Assembly: GCA_052426225.1 (NCBI GenBank) | Contig: JBNJNM010000013.1 | Coordinates: 1,116,001-1,180,000, forward strand | Direction of reading: 5' to 3' | Length of the DNA: 64,000 nucleotides | Source of the DNA: Zancudomyces culisetae HAW-14-8 | Taxonomy: Eukaryota; Fungi; Kickxellomycota | Shown here: positions 10,591 to 20,558 of the stretch, piece by piece | Layout of the letters: every line of letters begins with the position of its first letter | Position numbering within the stretch: the first letter of the stretch is position 1 | Position numbers and translations under genes: made by a program | The notes under the pieces: generated by a model | Seen by the model: only the letters and a program-made list of their open reading frames with translations | What the model was told of the DNA's origin: nothing | The model's database searches: none

Positions 10591-13500
10591 ATGGATTCTG
10601 TGAGCGGATATAACACCAGCACCTCGATATCGTCATACAATTTTTCGAGTGACGATTCTGAGAACGGATCTTTAATCTTTTATAGCAGGAGCTTCGAATT
10701 TGAACAAGAAAACCGAAAGAGTAAAATAGGAGTTCGAAGTAAGAATTTTTCATTAAAGACTACAAGAGAATGTAACAGTGATAATAGCATAAAAAGTGAT
10801 AAAAAAATAGAGGCAAATGCACACAATGCAAGAAACTTAGAAACCATCGAAAAAGGAAATGAAATAAAGCAATCTGAAAACCCTAGCGGTTTTGATGGCT
10901 ATTCAAACACCCCAGAGTATATACTCGAAACAAGTTCACTCAGCGCTAATTTTACATCAATTTTTAGCGAACAAGAGGCTTCTCAAAAAAACGATTATAG
11001 CATCAATTCTATAGCTTATAGTGAACAAGAAAAAAGCAAGATAAACAAGGAAAACGACTGTGATATTTTGGATAGGAGCTCTGATATGAGTATAGATCTA
11101 TCTCAAATTCGTGCAGGTGCACAGTACTCTTTTCACGAAAACAGCATTTCTCGCAAAGAGGAGGACGGAACTGTATTAATACCATTGTACATTGAGCCCA
11201 CCAACTCACAAAAAATAGCCACTGATTATGTAAAAACGGGGATGGATAGGAATTTTTTCGCTAAAGAGAATGAGATGGAAGGTATTATAAGAGACTCAAA
11301 CGTAAACTCTCAAAATAATCCAAGTAATTCTTCTAAAACGGAGATAGGAGGGTATAAGGCCACGAACCAATACGTTTTCAATGATTCAACCAACTCCTTT
11401 GAATCTGAGACGGATATATACATGATTTCACCTGCACACTTAAAAGTGAATGGGTACGGATCAAAAAATAACGGATATATTAAATCAGAGGAGGAAAAAG
11501 ATAAATTTTCATCTGTTATAATACACCTGGATCACAACGATGAGGAAGGTAACATTAAAAAGCCATTAAATACCTCATCTAAAGTAAAAAATAAGCGTCC
11601 TATTACCATCTTACATGAGCTTTCAGGTCCCGGTACATCACATGAAATTCAGAACCGTAAAGATGAATATAATAATGCGCGGAAACAAACGAAAAGCAAA
11701 AAACGCTCCAAGACAAATACGGGAGTGGAGTTTGAAAAAAAAAATTCCAAACATGGTAGTGAAGCTCCTCCTTATCGCAAAAAAATAGATAATAAAACAG
11801 ATGTAGTTAACAAGAAGAAATTTTTAGGAATTTTTGAGGACCAATCTTCCAAATCAGATTTTTCTTATGGGAAAGCCGGTCTTCAAGCAATATTTCCAGG
11901 AAATCAAGAATTTGTGAATGGAATAAATGAAGCTGGGAATAGAAAAAATTCCCTTAAAAACAATGTGCGTGATAATAGCATGGCAAGAATCAAAGAAATA
12001 AGGGAGTCAGGTATCAAACCAACAAAGAAAAGGTACGAAAGTGTCGGTGGAGGAGATAGAAACAGTGTTTCTTTAAACACAAAGATAGATACTAAGTCAC
12101 AAGAGATACATGCTAGAGACGTTGTTTCAATTGCAAGCCGAGAGTATAGGGCGGAGCATCAGGATAGTTCGTTGAATACACGCAAAGGCGCCAAAATAAA
12201 GAAAAGATCCTCAAAGACAAAAACCATCGCAAGCTTGATGTTTTCTACAATATCGAACATTTTCAAAGAGAAAACTGTAGATGCGGTAATAGATGAGCGG
12301 TTTGAATATATAGGGGATGGATCAAAGGGTGCAATAGTAAAGTTGACGGGAATATCATCTTCAAGAGTAAAATCAAAAGTTAATAGGCGAACGTCGCTAG
12401 ATACAATCAGTAGTTCGAGTTCTGCAAGCTATTCAGGTTCTGACAACAATTCTAATGAAAACCATGATGAAATGTCAGGGTTTAGGGTTGAAGATGTCAA
12501 TGACACCGAATCGCTGGATAGAAAAAATAACGTTAGAACTAGGGATGTGCTTTCTCTAGTATTGGATGAAGAGGACATGCAAGATAATACTTTTAAATGG
12601 TACGATGATAGCGACGATGATGGTTATGCTATAAATAGCAGTCAAGATGACAATATATGCTTAAGTGTTCTGGCAAATAGAAATAAGGAAAGAAGCAAAC
12701 CACAGGGACAAAGCACCAGTGATTTATCCGGCATAAGGAGTGAAGCTTCGCTTGAAGGTCGAATTGAAGAGAATGAGCATGATCGGCAGGTATTTGAGAG
12801 AAAGTTAAATACTACTGGTGATTCAGAACAAGGCCCCGCACAAAAAACCCCGCAACAGCCCAAGCCCAAATCTGATTCAGAGCCACAACTAGAACATGAT
12901 CCCGGGTTTGTGCTCCAGAAGGAACAGTTCCATCAATACGAACGGACAGTCGAACATATAGCTGATAGCAAAAGGTTAATATCCCAAGCATCAAGAAAAA
13001 ATATTGGAACCGAGGTTTCGAACGCACACTTGGATGATCATTCTATTTCGAATGCACCAAATAAATCACAAGAAAAACAAAGCGCTGATATCTCCCAAAA
13101 TATGGCGGTTAAGTCGGAACGAATTAGCTTGGCAGAGTTTTCAAATGAAAGCTTTAAAAGCATTGATGAAGAATCGGCATACAAAAGCTGGCGAACGCCA
13201 TCATTAATCAACGATAGAATGTACACTTCAGAAAGCGACAAAAAGAATGTCACAGAAAAGCCTGAAGGTAACCCTGATGAAGATTTGGATCAAAACTCTC
13301 AAACGGGTAGTCTGTTGGTAACACAGAGTGAAAAATACAAACCAGAATCTACACCTAGTACAACAGGTGAGATAGAAAACAAAAATTTGGAGTTTATGGC
13401 GCCTATTAAGATTGATGAATCCAGACAAAGGGGGTTTCGTAGGATCTACTCACTCGATAACAATGTGCAGAAAGTGGGGTTTTTTGGGGGGAGAGCCGAT

Positions 13501-16500
13501 TCTGATGGAAATGATTTGAATTTTAGGTTCCATTCTGTTCAAAGCTTAGGGAAAGAGCTTTCAATACCGAAATATCTGTTTAATGGTATATTATTTATGA
13601 ATTCGGATAAGACAGGGTCAAAATACATTAGAAAATATTCGCTATTATACAAGGGTACCACAGCAGCTTCCTCTAAGAGAGTGTCCTTTGAAACAAAAGC
13701 AATAAAAAAACAAAGGCTAAAGGTCGGCGGTGAAAGGGAAATGAGTGAAGATGACGAAAACTCATCCTCAATTCCGTCACTGACCACAAAGTTCCATCCA
13801 GCAAGCTTAAGTATAGAGGGTAAAACCCATTTGTTATCGGTGCTGAACAAAATTGACCAGAGAAATAGAGAAAACAATGCAGACTACATTGCGATGGATA
13901 TGGCACGAGATTTGCTTTTGGCTGAGCCAAGTCTAGGCAAAGTAGTAGGTAGCAGTAGCCCCAAAGACTCCCCCCTCAGAAATTCAAGTATTAACATAAT
14001 TTCAGAGTACACAAATGTATATGGCTTTAGCCCGCAAGGAAATAACAGTATTAATATCGAAAAAAGCGTAGAAAGTAAATCATGTGTGTCTGTGATAGAA
14101 AACAAGGATTGTATTACACCTGAAACTAACGAGACACAGCTTCTAATGGGATCCCCACCAGGATTTGATCTAGAAAAGGATTCTTGGCGTAGCCCACATG
14201 GCAGATCCCCCAAAAGTACAACAGCTTTACGAAATGATGTCTATCCCATGATGAACTCCATAGCTGTAGTATTATCAAAGGGGGCTTTTGGACTGCGATC
14301 TTTTCAGGATGTGGCACAAGTTAATGCGCTGAATGGCATGGAGCAGGAGCTTGAGCAAAAACTGTACATTTTATTAGCCGCACATACAAAAAAAATCTAC
14401 CAGAGGAGCATTGAGATGTATTCACAACTTAATTTGCAAACTAATGGTTACAAGCAAGAGATAAACGATGATAAATATCACAATTATATCGAAAATGCAA
14501 AGAAAGCTGGAGCGGGAACTGAGGTAAATATGGGAGCGGCAACGGGGATTCGAACGGAGAGGAGAAAAAAAAAGGGAAAACAGGGAAATGAGAAAAGGCT
14601 ACACAAGCTTCCACAGGGTGGAGATTTTGAGAATCCACAGGATGGACTATCAAAGATAGATTTTGCGTCAGATACACTTAACAGTTTGAGTTTGCCCGTA
14701 GGCCCCACCCAAACAACCCAGACCCTGGTTTCTAGTAGCGAAAACGTGAATTACTGTGAAAATGGGCATATAAATAGGCAAGTTCTTCTCTACAGCTTTT
14801 CAGCTGCAAAACAGATTCTTATGGAGAGGATTGAAACTGAAGCGGAAAATAGTGATAGTGTGAACATTGGTGTGTTTCTAAACAGATTTTTTTCCAAGGA
14901 AGCAGCTATTTTAAATTTACCCGTAGATATGTATAATGATATGTACTCATTTTTGGATACAAGTATTGAGAATAGGGGACGAAGAAGAATTTCAAGTGAC
15001 TACTTTCTTGGAAGAAGTTATCGGAAAGAATATAACAGGGATTCAGCGGGTGAGGTTCCATGTCATGAACGTAAAAGATCACAATCCACAGGAAATTTGA
15101 CAAAATTTTCAGCAAAATCCAATAACCATCAGCAAGAAAACGCGGACGATGTAAGCTCGATATACACCGCTGAATCCAGGGGTAAAAGGCCCTCGATAAG
15201 AATATTAAGTCCTAACCGTGAGCAAAACCTTATTCGGATGAGTTCGATATATCCACAGATAAGGAGCCAGGAAAATAGAATCTCTCGAATTGAGCTTTTC
15301 GATGTTGGCCTTGAGGATTTTAGTAAAAGCAACAGTTTGACAGGAATAAAGATAAGAAATTCTATACTAACTCACGAAAAATCAAGAAAAAACAGTTCCG
15401 ACTCTAACAAGCGTAGTAGAAATGCTGCAGATCCACATTTCTCTAAACTGCGAATAAATACAAACCAGTTGATAACTAACGGTCAGAGTTCGTGTGTATC
15501 GCAATATTTCTATGAAAACAAACACAGTGCAGCTTTACATCCACATTCTGGCTATTCTGTAGCTCCTTGTAATATACCTGCCAGCACCGAACGTCCAGTT
15601 GCCGTTAATGACTTGGTTTCATCTTACTTTATAAAGAATTCTGAAAAAAATGACATGTGTTCTAAACAAAAATACATCACTCGTGAGAAAACAGGACCAG
15701 GTCCCGACAGACAGGTTAGGTTTAACGACGAGGATCTAATCACTGTTTATATATATAGCGATTACTCTGATGAATCGCCGAGTTCGGCATCAACAACATA
15801 TTCAGAGTCAAACGTAGATTTATATTCACCGCTTCTTTTTACCTCAACATCGCCACGAGGGACACGCTTTTTGCAGCAACACCTTTCACAAAATACACTT
15901 AAGCACCAGTACCAGCCGATTGTCCCCACTACTTCAAATTTGGTTGATTCACCAGATATTAACAGCGGCGAGGATGGATCCACGCTGGATGATACACGCT
16001 CTTTCAATAGAAACTCTTCACTTGGTGAATTTAGCCCTCGAGAGATATCCGCGGATAGAGCAGTACCCCAAAACATCGACAATTCCCTATCTTTGGCACA
16101 TGTATCTAAAAATATCGTTTATGCCGAAGCTCTACCCTTTCAAGGAGGTGTAGAGGACCTAACCCTCAAAACAAAATACAATTTGGAAGATGATTATTAC
16201 GAAAAATCCTCTGATTATTCTGATATAGATTCTGACATAGATTCTGACGAGAGCACAACGGCTCATAACAAAACACATGAAATATCCTCCTTTTCAACCT
16301 CAGTCTTCCAGAAACATACATTCTCCCCTTTCCTTGAGTTTAACGTCGCGAATAATTCCAATGAAATGGATGATATTATAGATGAAGAGTATAATTACAA
16401 TAATAACCAACCAGTGCTGAATAACCTGAATGGCTACACCTCCTCACCCAACATGGATACTGCAAAAACTACAAGCGATGAGGATATACAGCCAGGAATT

Positions 16501-16590
16501 GAAATTGTAGCACCTCACCAAGTCGAGGATTCTACAGAAAGTGAGGAATATACTGATTTTAGCGATGATGAAGATGATGATGAGATGTGA
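10591..16590 (+). CDS. 1999-aa S/N/K/E/D-rich, largely disordered protein of unknown function with candidate PP1-docking RVxF motifs
   Basis: 6-kb uninterrupted ORF; no recognisable folded domain; KRVSF (13675-13689) and RQVRF (15709-15723); acidic C-terminus. Confidence 0.8.
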   Translation: MDSVSGYNTSTSISSYNFSSDDSENGSLIFYSRSFEFEQENRKSKIGVRSKNFSLKTTRECNSDNSIKSDKKIEANAHNARNLETIEKGNEIKQSENPSGFDGYSNTPEYILETSSLSANFTSIFSEQEASQKNDYSINSIAYSEQEKSKINKENDCDILDRSSDMSIDLSQIRAGAQYSFHENSISRKEEDGTVLIPLYIEPTNSQKIATDYVKTGMDRNFFAKENEMEGIIRDSNVNSQNNPSNSSKTEIGGYKATNQYVFNDSTNSFESETDIYMISPAHLKVNGYGSKNNGYIKSEEEKDKFSSVIIHLDHNDEEGNIKKPLNTSSKVKNKRPITILHELSGPGTSHEIQNRKDEYNNARKQTKSKKRSKTNTGVEFEKKNSKHGSEAPPYRKKIDNKTDVVNKKKFLGIFEDQSSKSDFSYGKAGLQAIFPGNQEFVNGINEAGNRKNSLKNNVRDNSMARIKEIRESGIKPTKKRYESVGGGDRNSVSLNTKIDTKSQEIHARDVVSIASREYRAEHQDSSLNTRKGAKIKKRSSKTKTIASLMFSTISNIFKEKTVDAVIDERFEYIGDGSKGAIVKLTGISSSRVKSKVNRRTSLDTISSSSSASYSGSDNNSNENHDEMSGFRVEDVNDTESLDRKNNVRTRDVLSLVLDEEDMQDNTFKWYDDSDDDGYAINSSQDDNICLSVLANRNKERSKPQGQSTSDLSGIRSEASLEGRIEENEHDRQVFERKLNTTGDSEQGPAQKTPQQPKPKSDSEPQLEHDPGFVLQKEQFHQYERTVEHIADSKRLISQASRKNIGTEVSNAHLDDHSISNAPNKSQEKQSADISQNMAVKSERISLAEFSNESFKSIDEESAYKSWRTPSLINDRMYTSESDKKNVTEKPEGNPDEDLDQNSQTGSLLVTQSEKYKPESTPSTTGEIENKNLEFMAPIKIDESRQRGFRRIYSLDNNVQKVGFFGGRADSDGNDLNFRFHSVQSLGKELSIPKYLFNGILFMNSDKTGSKYIRKYSLLYKGTTAASSKRVSFETKAIKKQRLKVGGEREMSEDDENSSSIPSLTTKFHPASLSIEGKTHLLSVLNKIDQRNRENNADYIAMDMARDLLLAEPSLGKVVGSSSPKDSPLRNSSINIISEYTNVYGFSPQGNNSINIEKSVESKSCVSVIENKDCITPETNETQLLMGSPPGFDLEKDSWRSPHGRSPKSTTALRNDVYPMMNSIAVVLSKGAFGLRSFQDVAQVNALNGMEQELEQKLYILLAAHTKKIYQRSIEMYSQLNLQTNGYKQEINDDKYHNYIENAKKAGAGTEVNMGAATGIRTERRKKKGKQGNEKRLHKLPQGGDFENPQDGLSKIDFASDTLNSLSLPVGPTQTTQTLVSSSENVNYCENGHINRQVLLYSFSAAKQILMERIETEAENSDSVNIGVFLNRFFSKEAAILNLPVDMYNDMYSFLDTSIENRGRRRISSDYFLGRSYRKEYNRDSAGEVPCHERKRSQSTGNLTKFSAKSNNHQQENADDVSSIYTAESRGKRPSIRILSPNREQNLIRMSSIYPQIRSQENRISRIELFDVGLEDFSKSNSLTGIKIRNSILTHEKSRKNSSDSNKRSRNAADPHFSKLRINTNQLITNGQSSCVSQYFYENKHSAALHPHSGYSVAPCNIPASTERPVAVNDLVSSYFIKNSEKNDMCSKQKYITREKTGPGPDRQVRFNDEDLITVYIYSDYSDESPSSASTTYSESNVDLYSPLLFTSTSPRGTRFLQQHLSQNTLKHQYQPIVPTTSNLVDSPDINSGEDGSTLDDTRSFNRNSSLGEFSPREISADRAVPQNIDNSLSLAHVSKNIVYAEALPFQGGVEDLTLKTKYNLEDDYYEKSSDYSDIDSDIDSDESTTAHNKTHEISSFSTSVFQKHTFSPFLEFNVANNSNEMDDIIDEEYNYNNNQPVLNNLNGYTSSPNMDTAKTTSDEDIQPGIEIVAPHQVEDSTESEEYTDFSDDEDDDEM

Positions 16591-16863
16591 TGTTAAGTGT
16601 ATAATATACCACTGGGTTACTTCATAATTTAAATCATGCGTACATCTTTCTATTTGAATTAGCGATTCACCTACTTTCATTTTCTCCTATTTTTACATGT
16701 ACTTTTTTTTTTGCAAGGAGATTATTATTACCACCATGATAAGATATATATATAAACAAAAACTGCTGATTCTACAAGGCGATGTGTATTAAAAAAATGA
16801 AAACTGGTCATTGTGAAGCAAATGTAAAGATTAAATATGTATAAAAAAGTAGCATAAAAAAAA

Positions 16864-17932
16864 TTATTTAGGGGTTGTGGTGGGAAGAGTCTGGTCAAAT
16901 AACAGTTTGTATCCACCACCCTTAAAATTGGTTATAATATAAACTGCATTATATACTGTAAGTATACCACAGATTAGAGATATTTTTTGCATTGTATGTT
17001 CTGGAAGTTCATTAAAGACAAAGGAATTTAAGATGATTGTATTTCCAGAATACAGAACAAAGTATAGTGTGAATAGAAAATCGACACGTCGTACACCTAA
17101 AGCCACAAGCATCCCGAGCATCTTTAGAGTAAAAAGAATAATGACTAGCAGTACCAGGATGTAAACGAAGGGGTTCTTGAAAAATACTGAGCTTTCGCTG
17201 ACTTTGAATACGCTGTATATTATTTTGACTGGTATTATTGTAAATGCTCCAAGAATAGAGCTCGAGATAACTCCATAGATGTGAAGATAGTTTTTTAAAT
17301 CCAGAGACAAAAGGATAAGGGTAATGAATAGAATAAACATATACAGACCAACCACTGTTGTTAACTTTGGATCCGTTACATGTGTAATAAGCAGAACCAG
17401 ATCGACTACTTTTGCAGAATCTAATGAATTTACTACAACTATGATAAGCCCAATTACGCAGATATTAATGCCATATTTTCCTATTGTGTTGACTTTTTCT
17501 TTACATGCAAAAGACGAAAGAAGGTTTCTATTTAATAACCAATTGTTACCATTTAGATTAAAATTAGTGTGCTTGATTCATGTTAAGAGTTAGATAATAT
17601 AAGACGGTATTGTTTTATACAGATATCATAGATACAAATATACAAGTGAAGTAGTGCAAGTACCCAGATATAATTCCGATGGCATAGAGGGTTGATGCAA
17701 GGCTTATTGGTAAAAAATAGTAGCTGATTATGAACAAAAACTCTCCTAAAAGCAACGAGCCAATTCCAAATTTACACAACCGACTTTTAGTGTATTCAAG
17801 ACCGTAGTTTTCGTTGTTGTTATCTTCTGAGCATAAATGCTCTTGGAAGTGTTTTTTAAACAAAACAGAGCTCAGGCCGATAAAAACTCCCGAAACTATG
17901 CATATTAATATTCCTATTATTTTATCACTCAT
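16864..17932 (-). CDS. Divergent NIPA-family (Mg2+ transporter-like) membrane protein, 2 exons (17932-17664, 17527-16864), about 310 aa
   Basis: MSDKIIGILICIVSGVFIGLSSVLFKK matches the NIPA N-terminus. Removing the GTACTT..AATAG intron (17528-17663) joins ...AIGIISG-NLLSSFACKEKVNTIGKYGINICVIG, the NIPA 'LSSxxLKEKL..GKxGC' region, in frame with the 16864-17355 ORF. Confidence 0.75.
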
Positions 17933-19405
17933 TTTTCCAACTTGGTTGCCAAATTATTCTGGCGCATCCCCTGTTGATATCGCTTTATATACTTCCTATA
18001 ATTGAAAAGGGTCGCTGATAACATTAAACTTAAGCTATTTCTATAACTTGATGTCCTTTGTCTCACAGGATGTATTTTTTTTCGAAGTATGACCCCGATT
18101 AAAATGTTGAAGTGCTTGGTGCCAGTGAAAAGTTGTATATCTTCTTATGTATTGTAAAGTAGCCTGAAACAAAAAATAATAATAGATGCTAAACCTGAAA
18201 GATATCAATGCTTTATATTAGAAAAGTGATACACTAATTATCAAAAAAGTTTATATTATTTCTAACTCCGAAACCCACTTTATATTGATATAATGGAAGG
18301 GATGTTATATAACTAAGTTCTTCGCACTCACTAAATCTAGTCCAGTTGAATTTAAGAATACAAAGATCGCTGGCCATTTTGCTTAGTTTTTACACAAAAG
18401 CATTGGGTTCTTTTTACTGCGAGTTTGTTTTCTCGTCGGCTCTAGACACATTTTAATAAAAGTCAGTTGCCAATATTTGAAAATGGCTAGTAACAATGAT
18501 AATCCGAAACTAGTTGAAAATAGTCAACCCGGATATCACTCGCACTTTGTAGAATAGAAATCTGCTACAGGATGGCAGCCTGCTTCACACATTTCCTACG
18601 CATATATATTTTCTTTATCTTTCTCTTATTTTTTTTTTTGCAGAGCGCAAATGTCATTTGGCGACTTTAATATTTTATATGTTATTTCCAGCTTTGCAAT
18701 ACAATATAATCTGCAAATTGCTTCAGAGGGGTGAGAAAAAAACAGCAGTAATCCAATCCTTCATAAAGAAAAAAAAAACTAGGTTCATATTCACTATTGG
18801 TATTTTTTGGGTCTTACTTTAAGAGCATTGGGTACAATCCAAATGATTAATGTAGGGCACACCTTAACTGAGCAAAATTTCAACTGAATGATACAAGCCC
18901 CATACAATAAAAATGAAAGCACCAAAATACTCTACGCTCTGTTAGCTTAGGCTTAAGCCACTGCAGAGGTTAGTAAAGTCAAAACCAAAACCAAAACCAA
19001 AACCGTACCGAATCTTATAGTGCTTGACAAGTATTAGTGCTAATGACCTCAACAGTCCCAAACGATGATACAGCTGCTATCACCTCAAACACAAAGCTGA
19101 TGGGATGGTTCAAACGCTCAGGTTTTTGGACTGTTCTCTGTGCTTTATTTCGGCATCACATTATATAACATTGGGTCTAGATGGTTAGGGAACCTAGCTT
19201 CCTTTAATTATATCCCCCCAAACAAAACGGATATTATTACCCAATTAAATTGTCTTGTTTTTTTTCCATAGAGCTTTTCATTTATTTGCATTTTTATTCT
19301 CAGTCATTGGCCAGCTAGCTTTTTGGCGAAAAAAAATTTTTTTTACATCAAAACAAGCAGAAGGGGATAGGGATGGTAAGGCATGCATTTGGTACTTTTT
19401 TTTTG

Positions 19406-19431
19406 TGAAAATTTTTTTTTTAGCTATAAAA
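19406..19431 (+). promoter_or_regulatory. RRPE-like TGAAAATTTTT (19406-19416) and TATA-like TATAAAA (19425-19431) upstream of the MRP RNA; a second A8T8 tract at 19329-19344
   Basis: Direct motif match. Function is inferred only, and chance occurrence in AT-rich DNA is plausible. Confidence 0.35.
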
Positions 19432-19466
19432 GCAAAATAAAAAGAAAATAATCAGGTTTCTAAATA

Positions 19467-19854
19467 AGAGACAACACGAAGATTCGCTTTATACATCGGG
19501 GTTTTACTTATGGGGTCATCCTGCCTATGGTGGGGTGTCTCTGTATCGACCCTGGGGAAAGTCCCCGGACAAGTTTGGCAGAAAGTGCCAGCCGTAAAGG
19601 TAAACATGCAGGTCTACTTCGATTTCAACCGACAATTCGTTCTCTTTTGGCGTAGAAGTGTGGATGCTTCTGTTTCTGAAAATGGAATTTGAGTGTGTTT
19701 GCACCGAGCCTGGTTCGTTTTGGTTAAGGTTGGGATGTTGTGGAATGCCAATTGTCATAGCAAAGTTATGCGAAATTAGTGCTTTGATAGATAGAGAGTT
19801 TCTCTCTGTTTCTCACGCTCTAACCTCAACGGGGCTTACTCTTGTGTTGTTTCT
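19467..19854 (+). ncRNA. NME1: RNase MRP RNA
   Basis: CR-I GGGGAAAGTCCCCGG (19554-19568) and CR-V CAACGGGGCTTA (19827-19838) form the P4 pseudoknot. MRP-diagnostic P8 hairpin TGGCA-GAAAG-TGCCA (19576-19590, GARAR loop). P1 AGAGACAACACGAAGA (19467-19482) pairs with TCTTGTGTTGTTTCT (19840-19854). P2 TTCGC/GCGAA follows CR-IV-like AAAGTTA. Confidence 0.93.
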
Positions 19855-19990
19855 ACAAACCTAACATACTTTTGGATTTTCAGAAGAGAGGATTATCTTT
19901 CTGTTTGACAGAAAGAACCAATTCTAAGAAAAGTCAGTAAACTGTAAGTACCTATTATCTTTATTTGAGCTTTTATTTTTTTTAAAAATT

Positions 19991-20066
19991 TGCGATATGA
20001 TGTCAGAATTTCTTCACCCGAATTTAATGTGGAACATTTTTCTTGAGCTTTTTAACCCTGATCGCA
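19991..20066 (+). ncRNA. snR47: Intronic box C/D snoRNA, snR47/U36 (SNORD36) orthologue, double guide
   Basis: Terminal stem TGCGA/TCGCA; C ATGATGT 19997, D' CCGA 20018, C' ATGTGGA 20027, D CTGA 20058. Guide GAATTTCTTCAC is antisense to LSU GUGAAGAAAUUC (yeast Am2220); guide GAGCTTTTTAAC is antisense to SSU GUUAAAAAGCUC (yeast Am619). Both D+5 positions pair with A. Confidence 0.9.
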
Positions 20067-20245
20067 TGCCATTTTTATTTATTGTTTTATAATTTTATGA
20101 ATCATCTTGGTTCTTGTTCACATAGCTAACGTTTGAATTTCAACTACTATTTAGTGTGCGTTTGACAAACCTTAAGGCTCTGGCTTTCTTGGAGAATCTT
20201 TTCTGGAAATTCTTTTCTTTTCACTGTAAGGTGTTATAAGAAGCG

Positions 20246-20328
20246 GATAGAATGATGAAGATAAATCAAAGGCTTAATATATGAAACCGTAGATTTGGCA
20301 TTTGCCATGTCTCGTTACTGAAAATATC
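20246..20328 (+). ncRNA. Intronic box C/D snoRNA, family unassigned
   Basis: Perfect C box ATGATGA (20252-20258), D' ATGA (20281), D CTGA (20318-20321) and short GATA/TATC stem, within intron 20226-20389. Candidate guides CAAAGGCTTAAT and GTCTCGTTA. Confidence 0.72.
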
Positions 20329-20558
20329 TCTTGATTTGTTGCTGACTTTTCGCTTTTGTACTTGAAATTTGGTGTTTCAACTATTCCAGAGCTACTGGCT
20401 TACGGTTGGTAAACATCGAATGTTAAGCTACAGCAGTGTATTTCTTATTTTTTTGTATAATAAATCTGACTTTGTGGACTTGCAATTTCCAACTATCAGC
20501 TTTTTGGAGGTAATTATATGCTACTTTATGTACCATTTATTCAATAGGCATTTTTTGC

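Noticed and set aside
19467-19854. Alternative identity as RNase P RNA
   Set aside because: GAAAGTCCCC/GGGGCT P4 and the GARAR P8 loop are MRP-type; RNase P would show GGAARNUCNG and its CR-II/III motifs.
19510-19864. Short ORFs 19510-19692, 19525-19758 and 19658-19864 in a GC-richer patch
   Set aside because: They overlap the RNase MRP RNA; the structured RNA explains the GC content and the peptides have no protein-like features.
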